From contig JAZAMN010000059.1 in NCBI GenBank assembly GCA_036229005.1, forward strand, positions 32,001 to 96,000: a stretch of DNA of 64,000 nucleotides, read 5' to 3'. Below, piece by piece: positions 36,281 to 45,454 of the stretch (positions within the stretch are counted from its first letter, which is position 1; every line of letters begins with the position of its first letter). Under the pieces are notes generated by a model, which did no database searches, was not told the DNA's origin, and was given only the letters and a program-made list of their open reading frames with translations. The position numbers were made by a program, and so were the translations under genes. Source of the DNA: Myxococcota bacterium (lineage in GTDB: Bacteria > Myxococcota_A > UBA796 > CAJQPC01).

Positions 36281-39200
36281 GAGGTGCGTCCGAGGCGGCC
36301 GATCACCCCCCGGTAGACCACCGGGATGACCACGAGCGTCAGCAGGGTGGACGCGCTCAGGCCGGCGATGACCGTGATGGCCAGCGGCTGCTGGATCTCC
36401 GAGCCCGCGCCCAGGCCCAGCGACAGGGGCAGCAGGCCCAGCGCGGTGGTGAGCGTGGTGATGAGGATCGGCCTCAAACGTGCCTTCCCGGCCTCCTGGA
36501 TCGCGGCGTCCAGGTCCATCCCCTGCTCCCGGTTGAAGCCGATGCGGTCCACCAGCACGATGGCGTTGTTCACCACCATACCGGCCAGGACGATGAGCCC
36601 GATGAAGGCCACGACCGACAGCGAGGACCCCGTCAGCAGCAGCACGGGCATCACGCCCACGGCCGCCAGGGGCACCGAGAAGAGGATGACCAGGGGCTGC
36701 ACCAGGGACTCGAAGGTGCTGGCCATGATCACGTAGACCAGGAACACCGCCAGCAGCAGCGCCATCGCCAGCGAGCGCAGGCTGCGCTGCATCTCCACGC
36801 TCTGGCCGGCCAGCTCGAAGCTGTAGCCGGGGGGCCGCGGGATGCGGACCAGCACCTGGGACACGGCGTCCGCGGTGGTGGCCAGGTCCAGGCCCTCCAG
36901 GTTGGCGGACACCACGGCCCCGCGCCGCTGGTCGATGCGGCGGATCTCGCTGGGGCCCTCGGCCTGCTCGATGCTGGCCACCGCCGCCAGGGGGATGGGC
37001 GGGTCCAGGGCCGGGTTGATGTTGATGCGCTCCAGATCCCGCAGGGTGCTGCGGTCCCGCTCGGCGAGCTGCACCACCAGATCCACGCGCCGCTCGCCCC
37101 GGGCCAGGCGGCTGGCCTCGGCGCCCTGGACCTTGTCCCGCAGCGAGCGCGCCACGCCGCTGGTGGTCAGCCCAAAGCGCTCGAGCTGCGCGCGGTCATA
37201 GCGCACCCGCAGCTCCGGGAAGCCGGGGACCAGGCTGGACTGCACGTCGCGCACGCCGGGGAGCTGGGCCAGCTCGGCCTCGACCTGGGCGGAGAGGGAC
37301 TGGAGCACCTGGAGGTCCTGCCCGGAGACCACGACCTCCAGGGGGGTGTCGACGCTCACCAGGGAGCTGGCCTCGAACTGCACCTGCAGGGGCTGGAGCG
37401 CGCCGAGCTCTGCTCGCAGGTCCTCGATCAATGCAGCCTGGCGTCCGGCCAGATCGCCCCCGGGGGTGAGCTCGACCAGGATCCGGGCGCTGTGCTCCCC
37501 CTCATCCGCGCCCGCGTCCGCGCGCCCCTCGGAGCCGATGGCGGAGTAGACCCGCGCGACCTCGGGGTGCTCGGCGATGATCTCCTCGGCGTGGGAGACC
37601 ACGGCCACGGTGCGGTCCAGGGGGGTGCCCACAGGCATGGCGACCGCGGCGGTGAAGCGCCCCTGGTGGACCTCGGGGATCAGCTCCGCGCCGGGTCGGA
37701 GGGCCAGGGCGGCGATCAGCGCGACGGCTGCGCCCCCCAACACCAGACCGGGTCTCTGCAGGGCACCACTGAGCAGCGGTGGGTAGCGCGAGGCCAGGCG
37801 GTCATAGGCCCCCCCGAACACCTCGGCGGCGCGGAGCAGGCCCCGCTGCACGGGCGGGAGCAGCTTGCCGCCCACCCAGCCCATCGCGCGCCAGGACAGC
37901 GCCCAGGCGCCCACGAAGAGCAGGCCCAAGAGGTTCCAGCTCAGGTGCAGGACCAGGCGGGTGAGCTGGTAGGGCAGCAGCAGCCAGCGGGCCTTGCGGG
38001 CGCGGTTTTCGGCCAGGGCCTCGCGCCACTCGGGCAGCGCGCTCCAGCGGCCCTCGGGGGTGAGCGCGGCCAGGGAGCCCGGGGAGGCCTCCAGCTCCAG
38101 GCGCCGGGCGGCCAGCATGGGCACCAGCACCAGCGCCACCGCCAGCGAGGCCAGCAGGGAGAAGACCACCGCCAGGGCCAGGTCGCCGAAGATCTGCCCG
38201 GCGACGCCGTCGACGAACACGATGGGCAGGAACACGGCCACGGTGGTCAGGGTGCTCGCGGTCACGGCCGCGGAGACCTCGCGGGTGCCAATGACCGCTG
38301 CGTCGCGACGGGACCTGCCGGCGTCGAGGTGCACCTGGATGGACTCAAGCACCACGACCGCGTTGTCCACGAGCATGCCGATGCCCAGGGCCAAGCCGCC
38401 AAGAGACATCAGGTTCAAGCTGACATCTCCCAGATACAGAGCCGCGAAGGTCGCGATGACCGAGACCGGGATGGCGGTCCCGATGATGGCCGTGGCGCGG
38501 AAGCTGCGCAGGAACATGAACAGGATGCCCACCGCCAGCAGGCCACCGATCACGGCGGTCCCGCGCAGGTTGGCGATGGCGTCCTCGATGAAGCGCGCCT
38601 GGTCGTCCAACACCGCGACCGACACGCCCTCGGGCAGCTCGGAGACCAGGCCCGGGGGGCCCATCATGGCGGCCATCTCGGGGGGCATCTCGGCGCGCGC
38701 GGCCTCGGTCTGCTCGTCCCCCAGGCGCTGCTTGACGGCCTGGGCCACGGACACGATGTTGGCGTCGGCCTCCTTGAAGATCTCCAGCTCCACGGCCTCG
38801 GCGCCGTCCAGGTGCGAGACGACCTTGCGCTCCTTGAAGGCCTCCTGCACGACAGCGACCTCGGACACGGGGATGCCGGTGCCGTCGGCGCGGATCACCT
38901 CCAGGTCCTCCACCTCCTGCACCGTGGAGAGCTGGTTGAGGGTGCGGATCAGGAACTCGGTGTCGCCCTCGCGGATTGACCCGCCGGCGATGTTCACGTT
39001 CTCGGACAGCAGGGTGCTCTGCACCTGCTCCAAGGTCACGCTGCGGGCCTGCATCCAGTCCTCGCGCACCTGCACCAGCACCTGGCGCTCCAGTCCACCC
39101 CGCACCCGCACGGCGGCGACCCCGTCGATGGCCTCCAGCTCGCGCTTGACCTCCTCTTCGGCCAGCTCGCGCAGGGCCAGCAGGGCGGCCTCTTCCTTTC

Positions 39201-39675
39201 CGGGCTCGGCCTGGGCGCTCATGGCGATGCGCAGGATGGGGTCCAGCGAGGGGTCGTAGTGCAGGATTAGCGGCCGGTCGGGGCCGTCCCCCAGCCAGGT
39301 GGTCTGCAGGCGCTCGCGCACCCCCTGGGAGGCCGCCGACATGTCGGTGCCCCAGGCAAAGGTCAGCACCACGTCCGAGAGCTCCGCCCGCGAGCGCGAC
39401 TCGATGCCCACCAGCCCGTCGGTGGTGGACAGGGACTCTTCAATGGGGCGGGAGACCTGGGACTCGACCTCCTCGGGCGCGGCGCCGCTGTACTCGGTGC
39501 GCACGGTCAGCGAGGGGTAGCTCAGGTCCGGCATCAGCGTGAGCGGGAGCTGCGCGTAGCTGACGTAGCCGAACACCGCGGCCGCCAGGAACACCATCAG
39601 CACGGCCACCGGCCGGTCCACGATCGCGCCGAACACGCCCCCCAGCTCGGGGCGCTCCGCGGGCTCAGCCGCCAC
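36277..39675 (-). CDS. RND (AcrB/D/F-family) permease, second subunit
   Basis: VDNAVVVLE, VVNNAIVLVD, RLRPILIT; 1132 aa. Confidence 0.93.
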   Translation of the reverse strand: MAAEPAERPELGGVFGAIVDRPVAVLMVFLAAAVFGYVSYAQLPLTLMPDLSYPSLTVRTEYSGAAPEEVESQVSRPIEESLSTTDGLVGIESRSRAELSDVVLTFAWGTDMSAASQGVRERLQTTWLGDGPDRPLILHYDPSLDPILRIAMSAQAEPGKEEAALLALRELAEEEVKRELEAIDGVAAVRVRGGLERQVLVQVREDWMQARSVTLEQVQSTLLSENVNIAGGSIREGDTEFLIRTLNQLSTVQEVEDLEVIRADGTGIPVSEVAVVQEAFKERKVVSHLDGAEAVELEIFKEADANIVSVAQAVKQRLGDEQTEAARAEMPPEMAAMMGPPGLVSELPEGVSVAVLDDQARFIEDAIANLRGTAVIGGLLAVGILFMFLRSFRATAIIGTAIPVSVIATFAALYLGDVSLNLMSLGGLALGIGMLVDNAVVVLESIQVHLDAGRSRRDAAVIGTREVSAAVTASTLTTVAVFLPIVFVDGVAGQIFGDLALAVVFSLLASLAVALVLVPMLAARRLELEASPGSLAALTPEGRWSALPEWREALAENRARKARWLLLPYQLTRLVLHLSWNLLGLLFVGAWALSWRAMGWVGGKLLPPVQRGLLRAAEVFGGAYDRLASRYPPLLSGALQRPGLVLGGAAVALIAALALRPGAELIPEVHQGRFTAAVAMPVGTPLDRTVAVVSHAEEIIAEHPEVARVYSAIGSEGRADAGADEGEHSARILVELTPGGDLAGRQAALIEDLRAELGALQPLQVQFEASSLVSVDTPLEVVVSGQDLQVLQSLSAQVEAELAQLPGVRDVQSSLVPGFPELRVRYDRAQLERFGLTTSGVARSLRDKVQGAEASRLARGERRVDLVVQLAERDRSTLRDLERININPALDPPIPLAAVASIEQAEGPSEIRRIDQRRGAVVSANLEGLDLATTADAVSQVLVRIPRPPGYSFELAGQSVEMQRSLRSLAMALLLAVFLVYVIMASTFESLVQPLVILFSVPLAAVGVMPVLLLTGSSLSVVAFIGLIVLAGMVVNNAIVLVDRIGFNREQGMDLDAAIQEAGKARLRPILITTLTTALGLLPLSLGLGAGSEIQQPLAITVIAGLSASTLLTLVVIPVVYRGVIGRLGRTS

Positions 39676-39711
39676 CGGGGTGGGGGGCTCTGGGGGCTGC
39701 GTCGAGATGGC

Positions 39712-40974
39712 TCAGCCCTCCGTCTCGGCGTCGGCCTCGGCGGCCTCTTGCTCGGCCCCCTCCTGGGGCTCGTCTTCCTCGGGCTCGTCCTCGGGGATCT
39801 CCAGCTTGGGATCCTCGGGCAGGCGCACGCGGGTCTCATCGCGCATGCCGGACTGGCCGACCACGACGACCTGATCCCCGACCGCCAGACCGGAGATCAC
39901 CTCGACGGTGTCCTCGCCTTCGAAGCCGAGCTCCAACGCGACCTTGCGCGCCACGCGGCAGGGGCCTGGGATCTCGATCTCGGGCGCTCCCGGATCCTCT
40001 TCCACCTCCTCCCCCTTTCGGCCCCAGCCCTTCTCTGCACCCTCGTCCGCCGGCGAGGTCTCCTCGTCCTGCTCCGCCTCCACGCAGAAATCGGGCTCGG
40101 TGCTGACCCTGAAGGCCAGGGGGTCCCCCTCCTCGTAGAACACCGCGCGGCGAGGCAGGACCAGCACGTCGTCATGGCGGTCCACCTGCAGGCTGACGCT
40201 GACGAACTGGCCGGGGCGCAGCACGCCGTCCGGGTCGTCCAGGGCCACGGTCACGCGCACGGTGCCGGAGCTGGCGTCCACGGTGGGGGAGATGCGCTCG
40301 ACGTGGCCGGGCACCTGCTGGGCGTCGTCGTAGAGCCCGACCAGGGTGGCCTTCTGCCCCACGGCCAGCTTGGACAGATCCCGCTCCGGCAGCTTGATCA
40401 CCACGCGCAGGCGGGTCAGGTCCACGACCTGGAAGGCCCGGGTGCCGCCGGCGACCTCTCCGTACTGGAGCTCGCGCACCGCGACCGTGCCGTCGATGGG
40501 GCTGACGATGCGGGTGTGGCCCTGGGTGCCCTGGGCCTCCTTGAGGGCGGTGGCGGCGCTCTTCTCGGCGTAGACGGCCTCCTGGAGCTCGCGCTCGGAG
40601 ACGGCCCCCTTCTCGTGGAGGGCGCGGGCGCGCTCGAGCTCCGCCTGGGCGCGGGCCAGCTCGGCCTCGGCGCGGGCCAGACCGGCGTCCAGGCTGGCGT
40701 TGTCGATGATCGCCAGGACCTGGCCCTTGCGGACACGATCCCCCTCCTCCGCCTTGATCGCGACGACGCTGCCGGTGGCCTCCGGGACGAGATCGGCCTG
40801 GGCCTCGGACTCGACCACGCCGTTGGAGATCAGCACCTGCGAGACCGAGCCGGTCTCCAGCGTCTCCACGCTCACCAGGGTGCGTGGATCGGTGACCGGC
40901 GGGCGGCCCCCTTCCTTTCCGGGCCCGCCTTGGGGGCCCCCAGAGCAGGCCAGCAACAGCATCAACAGCGACAT
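39712..40974 (-). CDS. RND periplasmic adaptor (MFP) lipoprotein
   Basis: LLLAC lipobox, EEGDRVRKGQVL, SPIDGTV, LRPGQF; acidic insert and tail. Confidence 0.9.
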   Translation of the reverse strand: MSLLMLLLACSGGPQGGPGKEGGRPPVTDPRTLVSVETLETGSVSQVLISNGVVESEAQADLVPEATGSVVAIKAEEGDRVRKGQVLAIIDNASLDAGLARAEAELARAQAELERARALHEKGAVSERELQEAVYAEKSAATALKEAQGTQGHTRIVSPIDGTVAVRELQYGEVAGGTRAFQVVDLTRLRVVIKLPERDLSKLAVGQKATLVGLYDDAQQVPGHVERISPTVDASSGTVRVTVALDDPDGVLRPGQFVSVSLQVDRHDDVLVLPRRAVFYEEGDPLAFRVSTEPDFCVEAEQDEETSPADEGAEKGWGRKGEEVEEDPGAPEIEIPGPCRVARKVALELGFEGEDTVEVISGLAVGDQVVVVGQSGMRDETRVRLPEDPKLEIPEDEPEEDEPQEGAEQEAAEADAETEG

Positions 40975-41128
40975 CGAAGTTCCCAGGGGTGGGTGCGGGT
41001 ACGGGCTAACCCGCCCTTTGTTTCCACCGAAAGCGACCCCGGTTGCAAAAGGCTCGTCCAGGCCCGAAACGCACCGACTTTCTGGCGAACCATTAACCGG
41101 CGGCCCCCCTGTTCCGAGAAGAGGGGTG

Positions 41129-42127
41129 ATGCTTGCTCTCCTCCGCTTCGCCCCCGCGCCCCCAGAAACGTGGTACGCAATGCCTGTGGCACACCGCACC
41201 ATGCTGGCATTGATGAAGGGCGACAAAGCCGTCCATGTTGTCCCGGTCGAAGACCGTCCGGTGCACATTGGACGCGCCCCCGAGAACGACCTCGCGGTGG
41301 TCGACCGCACCGTCTCGCGTCACCACGCGACGGTCTGGAACCAGGGCGGCAAGACCTACGTAAGGGACCACGGGACCACCAACGGCAGCTTCCTCAACGA
41401 GATGCGGGTGGACGGCGCCGTCGAGATCCCCGGGGGCTCTCGGGTGCGGCTGGGCCTGAACACCTGGCTGCAGCTCCAGACCGTTCCTCTGAACGAGCCC
41501 GTGCTCCACACGGACCTGTTGCTGCTGGACCTGACCGCAGGCATCCAGCACCAGCTCCTGCCCGGCGACAACCCCCTCCCCGAAGGCCCCGGCACCCTGT
41601 GCATCCGGCGGGACCGGGTGGTGCTGCTCACCCCCATCGGCGAGGAAGACCTCACCCTGGGCACGCCCTTCGAGCACGCGGGCCGCCGCTACGAGCTGGT
41701 CAAGCCCGTCCCCGAGCCCGCCCCCACCGGCGAGATGCCGGAGCTCACCAGCAACGCCTTCGCCTACAAGGTGGTCGTGCGCCTGAGCGGCCCCGCCGGC
41801 CCCGAGGCGGTGTTCACCCGGATGTCCTCCGGCGAGGTCCACCGCGTCACCGCCCCCAACCGCGTGGTGCTCATCTGCGTGCTGGCCCGCCAGCTCCGCG
41901 ACGATCTGGCCGCCGGCGTCGAGCCCGCCCGCGCCGGCTGGGCCCGCGACCACGAGATCCGCCGCGGCATCTGGGGCCGACAGGCCGAGAACCAAGACGC
42001 CAACACCTTGCACGTGGTGCTGCACCGCCTCCGTCGCGAGCTCAAGAAGGGCGGCTTCGACCCCACCTGCGTCGAGAAGGGCCGCGGCTCCACCCGACTG
42101 CTGGTGTTCGAGGTCGACACCGACTAG
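41129..42127 (+). CDS. FHA-domain protein with C-terminal winged-HTH
   Basis: IGRAPEND, VSRHHA, STNG-like TTNGSF; C-terminal NTLHVVLHRLRREL; start uncertain (41129 has an upstream purine-rich RBS). Confidence 0.82.
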   Translation: MLALLRFAPAPPETWYAMPVAHRTMLALMKGDKAVHVVPVEDRPVHIGRAPENDLAVVDRTVSRHHATVWNQGGKTYVRDHGTTNGSFLNEMRVDGAVEIPGGSRVRLGLNTWLQLQTVPLNEPVLHTDLLLLDLTAGIQHQLLPGDNPLPEGPGTLCIRRDRVVLLTPIGEEDLTLGTPFEHAGRRYELVKPVPEPAPTGEMPELTSNAFAYKVVVRLSGPAGPEAVFTRMSSGEVHRVTAPNRVVLICVLARQLRDDLAAGVEPARAGWARDHEIRRGIWGRQAENQDANTLHVVLHRLRRELKKGGFDPTCVEKGRGSTRLLVFEVDTD

Positions 42128-42159
42128 CGCGGACCTAGGGCGCTCGAAGTATCGCGATT

Positions 42160-42306
42160 GGGTATCGGGTATCGGGTATCGGGTATCAGTCCGCCGGCCG
42201 GGGCGGGTTCGCTACCACCAGCGTCCCACTGGACGCCTGCACCCAGCGTCTATCCCCTGATACCTGACTCCTGATACCTGATACCGGCGCCTGATACCTG
42301 ATACCC
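42160..42306. repeat. Inverted heptamer tandem repeats between convergent genes
   Basis: (GGGTATC)x4 at 42160-42187 facing an imperfect (CCTGATA)n run at 42256-42306. Confidence 0.8.
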
Positions 42307-42316
42307 GCCCCAGGCC

Positions 42317-42826
42317 TCAGCTCTCCGCCAGGTACAGCTCCAGCGGCACAACACAGAAGCCCCACCGCGCCGCATCCCGCCAAGGAATCCGGTACACCGG
42401 CAGGCCGCCCTCGCCCGTGAGCGTGTCAAAGCTCAGCCCGCAGCTCGCCCGGCCCCGCTGCTTGCCGCAGCTCCGCACGCCGTCGGAGAGCTCGCCCTCG
42501 GGGACGGTGGACAGGGGCCTGCAGAGCTCGTCGGCCGGCACCTCGAAGAGGGTGACCTTGTAGTAGCGGCGCGCCCGCCAGCCCCCTCGCCTGCCCGACA
42601 TGCCCAGGGCCTGGAGCACCCGGGTCTGATCGGCGGCGTGGGCCTCGCTCCAGGCGCTGAGGTCCTCTGCCAGCACGACGGTGATCTCCTGGTTGTTGCG
42701 CGCGCTGCGGAGCACCGGACTCACCCAGGCCACCTGCACGGTGTCGTCGGGGACCGGCAGGGTGGGACACACCGCCCCCGAAGGCTCGGCGGCCCCCAGG
42801 GCGACAGCGCTGAGCAGCGCAAGCAT
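42317..42826 (-). CDS. Hypothetical exported Cys-containing protein
   Basis: Signal-like MLALLSAVALGA; ATG overlaps the nagZ stop. Confidence 0.65.
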   Translation of the reverse strand: MLALLSAVALGAAEPSGAVCPTLPVPDDTVQVAWVSPVLRSARNNQEITVVLAEDLSAWSEAHAADQTRVLQALGMSGRRGGWRARRYYKVTLFEVPADELCRPLSTVPEGELSDGVRSCGKQRGRASCGLSFDTLTGEGGLPVYRIPWRDAARWGFCVVPLELYLAES

Positions 42827-43935
42827 CAACCCGCCCCCTCGGCCTGGATGCGCAGCAGCAGGTCGGTGTGGGCCTGGCTGGCGAGCACCTGGAGCTCCGG
42901 CGCGGGCGGGGCGTCCAGGAAGAAGCGCTCGCGCGTGGCCTCCAGCCGCCCGATGGCGTCCACCGCCAGGTCGTCGTGGGCCTTGTCCTCTTCCTGCAGG
43001 CGCACCAGCTCCTCGAAGCTCTCCCACTGCAGCTTGGGCTCCTTGCAGACCAGGAACAGGTCCACGCTGGCCTTGCAGGCCATGTCGAGCTGCTGCCGCA
43101 GGGGGTAGCGCCCGCGCACGGCCTTCATCTCCAGGTCGTCGCTCACGACCAAGCCCTGGTAGCCCAGCTCGGCCCGCAGGATGTCGTGCAGGATGCGCCG
43201 GCTCATGGTCGCCGGGACCTGCTCGTCCCAGGCCGGGTAGAGCACGTGAGCGGTCATGATGGTGGCCACCTGGGCCTGCACCGCCGCGCGGAAGGGCGCG
43301 AGCTCGACGTGCTCCAGGTCCGGGATCTCCTTCTCCACCGTCGGCAGGGTCAGGTGGGAGTCCGTGGCCGTGTCGCCGTGCCCGGGGAAGTGCTTGGCAC
43401 AGGCCAGCACCCCCGCCGCCTGGGTGGCCTGGATGTAGGCGGCCACCTGCTGGGCGACCTTCTGGGGATCCCGGTTGAAGCTCCGATCTCCGATGATCGG
43501 GTTCTTGGGGTTGGAGTCCACGTCGGCCACGGGCGCCCAGTTCAGGTTGAAGCCCATGGCCCGCACCTCGGCCGCCAACAGGCGCGCGAAGGCGGCCGTG
43601 ATCTCCAGCCGGTCGATGTTCCCCACGTGCCGCAGGGGGGGGAGGCGAGAGGCCCCGTCCTTGACCCGCTGGACCCTACCGCCCTCCTGATCGACGCTCA
43701 GGATGGGTGGAGTGCTGTCGTCCACCAGCGAGGACAGCTCGCGGTTCAGCTCCCGCACCTGGGCCGGCTCTTCGACGTTCCGGCTGAACAGGATGAAGCC
43801 CGCCGGCTGGATCTCCTTGATCAGCGCCGCGGTCTCCGCGTCCACGCTGGCCCCGGGGATCCCGATGAGCAGGCGCTGCCCGGCCCGGGCCTTGCGCTCG
43901 GCCAGGGTGGTCACGCTCCCGACGACGCGGCTCAC
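42826..43935 (-). CDS. nagZ: Beta-N-acetylhexosaminidase (GH3)
   Basis: DQEGGRVQR, KHFPGHG...DSH, SDDLEM. Confidence 0.93.
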   Translation of the reverse strand: MSRVVGSVTTLAERKARAGQRLLIGIPGASVDAETAALIKEIQPAGFILFSRNVEEPAQVRELNRELSSLVDDSTPPILSVDQEGGRVQRVKDGASRLPPLRHVGNIDRLEITAAFARLLAAEVRAMGFNLNWAPVADVDSNPKNPIIGDRSFNRDPQKVAQQVAAYIQATQAAGVLACAKHFPGHGDTATDSHLTLPTVEKEIPDLEHVELAPFRAAVQAQVATIMTAHVLYPAWDEQVPATMSRRILHDILRAELGYQGLVVSDDLEMKAVRGRYPLRQQLDMACKASVDLFLVCKEPKLQWESFEELVRLQEEDKAHDDLAVDAIGRLEATRERFFLDAPPAPELQVLASQAHTDLLLRIQAEGAG

Positions 43936-44342
43936 TTGTGCTCCGGGTGCTGGGCCAGCTCGATCAGCACGCCGCCGCAGCTCTTGGGGTGGATGAACAC
44001 GACCTGGGTCCCGTGTGCGCCCGGCTTGGGGGCGTCGCTCAGGAAGCGGTAGCCCTTGGCCCGCAGGCGCTCCATGTCCCCCACCACGTCGTTCGTGCGG
44101 AAGCAGATGTGGTGCATCCCCTCCCCCCGCTTGGCCAGACTCGCCGCGACCGGGCCCTTGCCGTCCATGGGGTGGATGAGCTCGATGCGCGTGCCCTCCA
44201 GCGGGAAGAAGGCCGTGCTGGTCTGCTCGGTGGGCACGTCTTCGCGGCCGCTCATGGGGATGCCGAAGTCCTGCGCGAAGCGCGCGATGGCGGCCTCGAT
44301 GTCGGCGACGGCGATGGCGATGTGGTCCAGTCCGGTGATCAA
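43932..44342 (-). CDS. mce: Methylmalonyl-CoA epimerase (VOC family)
   Basis: DHIAIAV, IELI, GEGMHHIC, GAHG, FIHPKSCGGVLIEL. Confidence 0.88.
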   Translation of the reverse strand: MITGLDHIAIAVADIEAAIARFAQDFGIPMSGREDVPTEQTSTAFFPLEGTRIELIHPMDGKGPVAASLAKRGEGMHHICFRTNDVVGDMERLRAKGYRFLSDAPKPGAHGTQVVFIHPKSCGGVLIELAQHPEHK

Positions 44343-44361
44343 GCGCGGCTCCGGGTCAAAG

Positions 44362-44379
44362 GTCTTGTCATGACAAGAC
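44362..44379. promoter_or_regulatory. Perfect 18-bp palindrome, candidate operator
   Basis: GTCTTGTCATGACAAGAC, 20 nt upstream of mce, overlapping a minus-strand TAGTCT -10-like box. Confidence 0.6.
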
Positions 44380-45098
44380 TAATGCACGGAGATCAGCCTG
44401 TGCAGCCTTTCTCTGCCCTCCCGCTCAAAGCCCGCGTCGCCGTGCCGCAGGCCCCAGGCCCAGGCCCCCGCGGCGTCCAGCAGGTCCAGGGTCCGCTGGG
44501 CCGCAACCGCCCCCTCCGAGCGCGGCCCATAGCCCTCCAGCAGCGCCGCCCGCTCAGGCACCCGGCACAGGTCCAGTCCCGGCGCGTCCGGCCCGCTGTG
44601 TTCGAAGTCCACCACAGCCAGGCGCTCCCCGTCCCACAGCCAGTTCCGCGGGTGGAAGTCCCGGTGGCACCAGCGCCGCTCCATCCCCCGCAACGTCTCG
44701 GGTTGGGCGGCCTCCAGCAGGCGCGCGCCGTGCTCTCCCGGGAGCCCCTCCGCGACCGCGCTCAGCCGGCGGGTGACCGCCTGGTCCAGAGGCAGGGGGT
44801 CCTCCGGGACCGGCAGCAGGGAGTGGAGGGCGGCGAGCCAGCGCCCGGCGGCCCGATGGGCCTGGACTGAGTGGCCCACCGCTCCGGGAAGGCGTTCGAG
44901 CAGCAGCCTGTCCTCGCTTGCGTCCAGCAGTCGAGGACAGTGGAATCCAGCCGCACGCATCCGGGGGGTGACCCCCGCATGGAACGCGAGCGCGCGCTTC
45001 CTCTTCCTCGGAGACTGGATCCGCTTCTCCACCAAGGCGCCGTGGGCCCAGGTGTTCGGCCCCAGAGGCTCGGCGTCGGCGGGGAGGAAGCGCAGCAT
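44379..45098 (-). CDS. Aminoglycoside phosphotransferase/kinase-like protein
   Basis: CHRDFHPRN and VVDFE. Confidence 0.8.
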   Translation of the reverse strand: MLRFLPADAEPLGPNTWAHGALVEKRIQSPRKRKRALAFHAGVTPRMRAAGFHCPRLLDASEDRLLLERLPGAVGHSVQAHRAAGRWLAALHSLLPVPEDPLPLDQAVTRRLSAVAEGLPGEHGARLLEAAQPETLRGMERRWCHRDFHPRNWLWDGERLAVVDFEHSGPDAPGLDLCRVPERAALLEGYGPRSEGAVAAQRTLDLLDAAGAWAWGLRHGDAGFEREGRERLHRLISVH

Positions 45099-45454
45099 TG
45101 GACGGCTTTAACCTTGGCTGCATGATCCGTAGGGTCAGTTGGCCGGACCAAGGAGCGCCCAGCTCCAAGGAGGCCACGGCCCTCCGCCAGAAGCGCGGAG
45201 GCCACCTGACCCCTTGGAGCCTGGAGCACCAATGATCCCCGCTGGAGCCTGACCGCAGCCTGGTCGCATCGCGCCTGCGCCCGCTGGATCGCTCCCCTCA
45301 AGGCTGAGGGGCGCGGCGATCCTGGGGGAGTCTGGGGCTGACCGCTCTCATTGCCCTGGTGGTGCCTCTGCGCCGCTGGGGGTCGCGGTGCGCACGCTGT
45401 CGGAATTGCTCCTGCTGTCTGGAGCCTCGTGACGTCTGCCTGGTCACATTCGCC

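Noticed and set aside
44379..45098. Aminoglycoside resistance gene
   Set aside because: Only generic APH/choline-kinase motifs; no mobile context.
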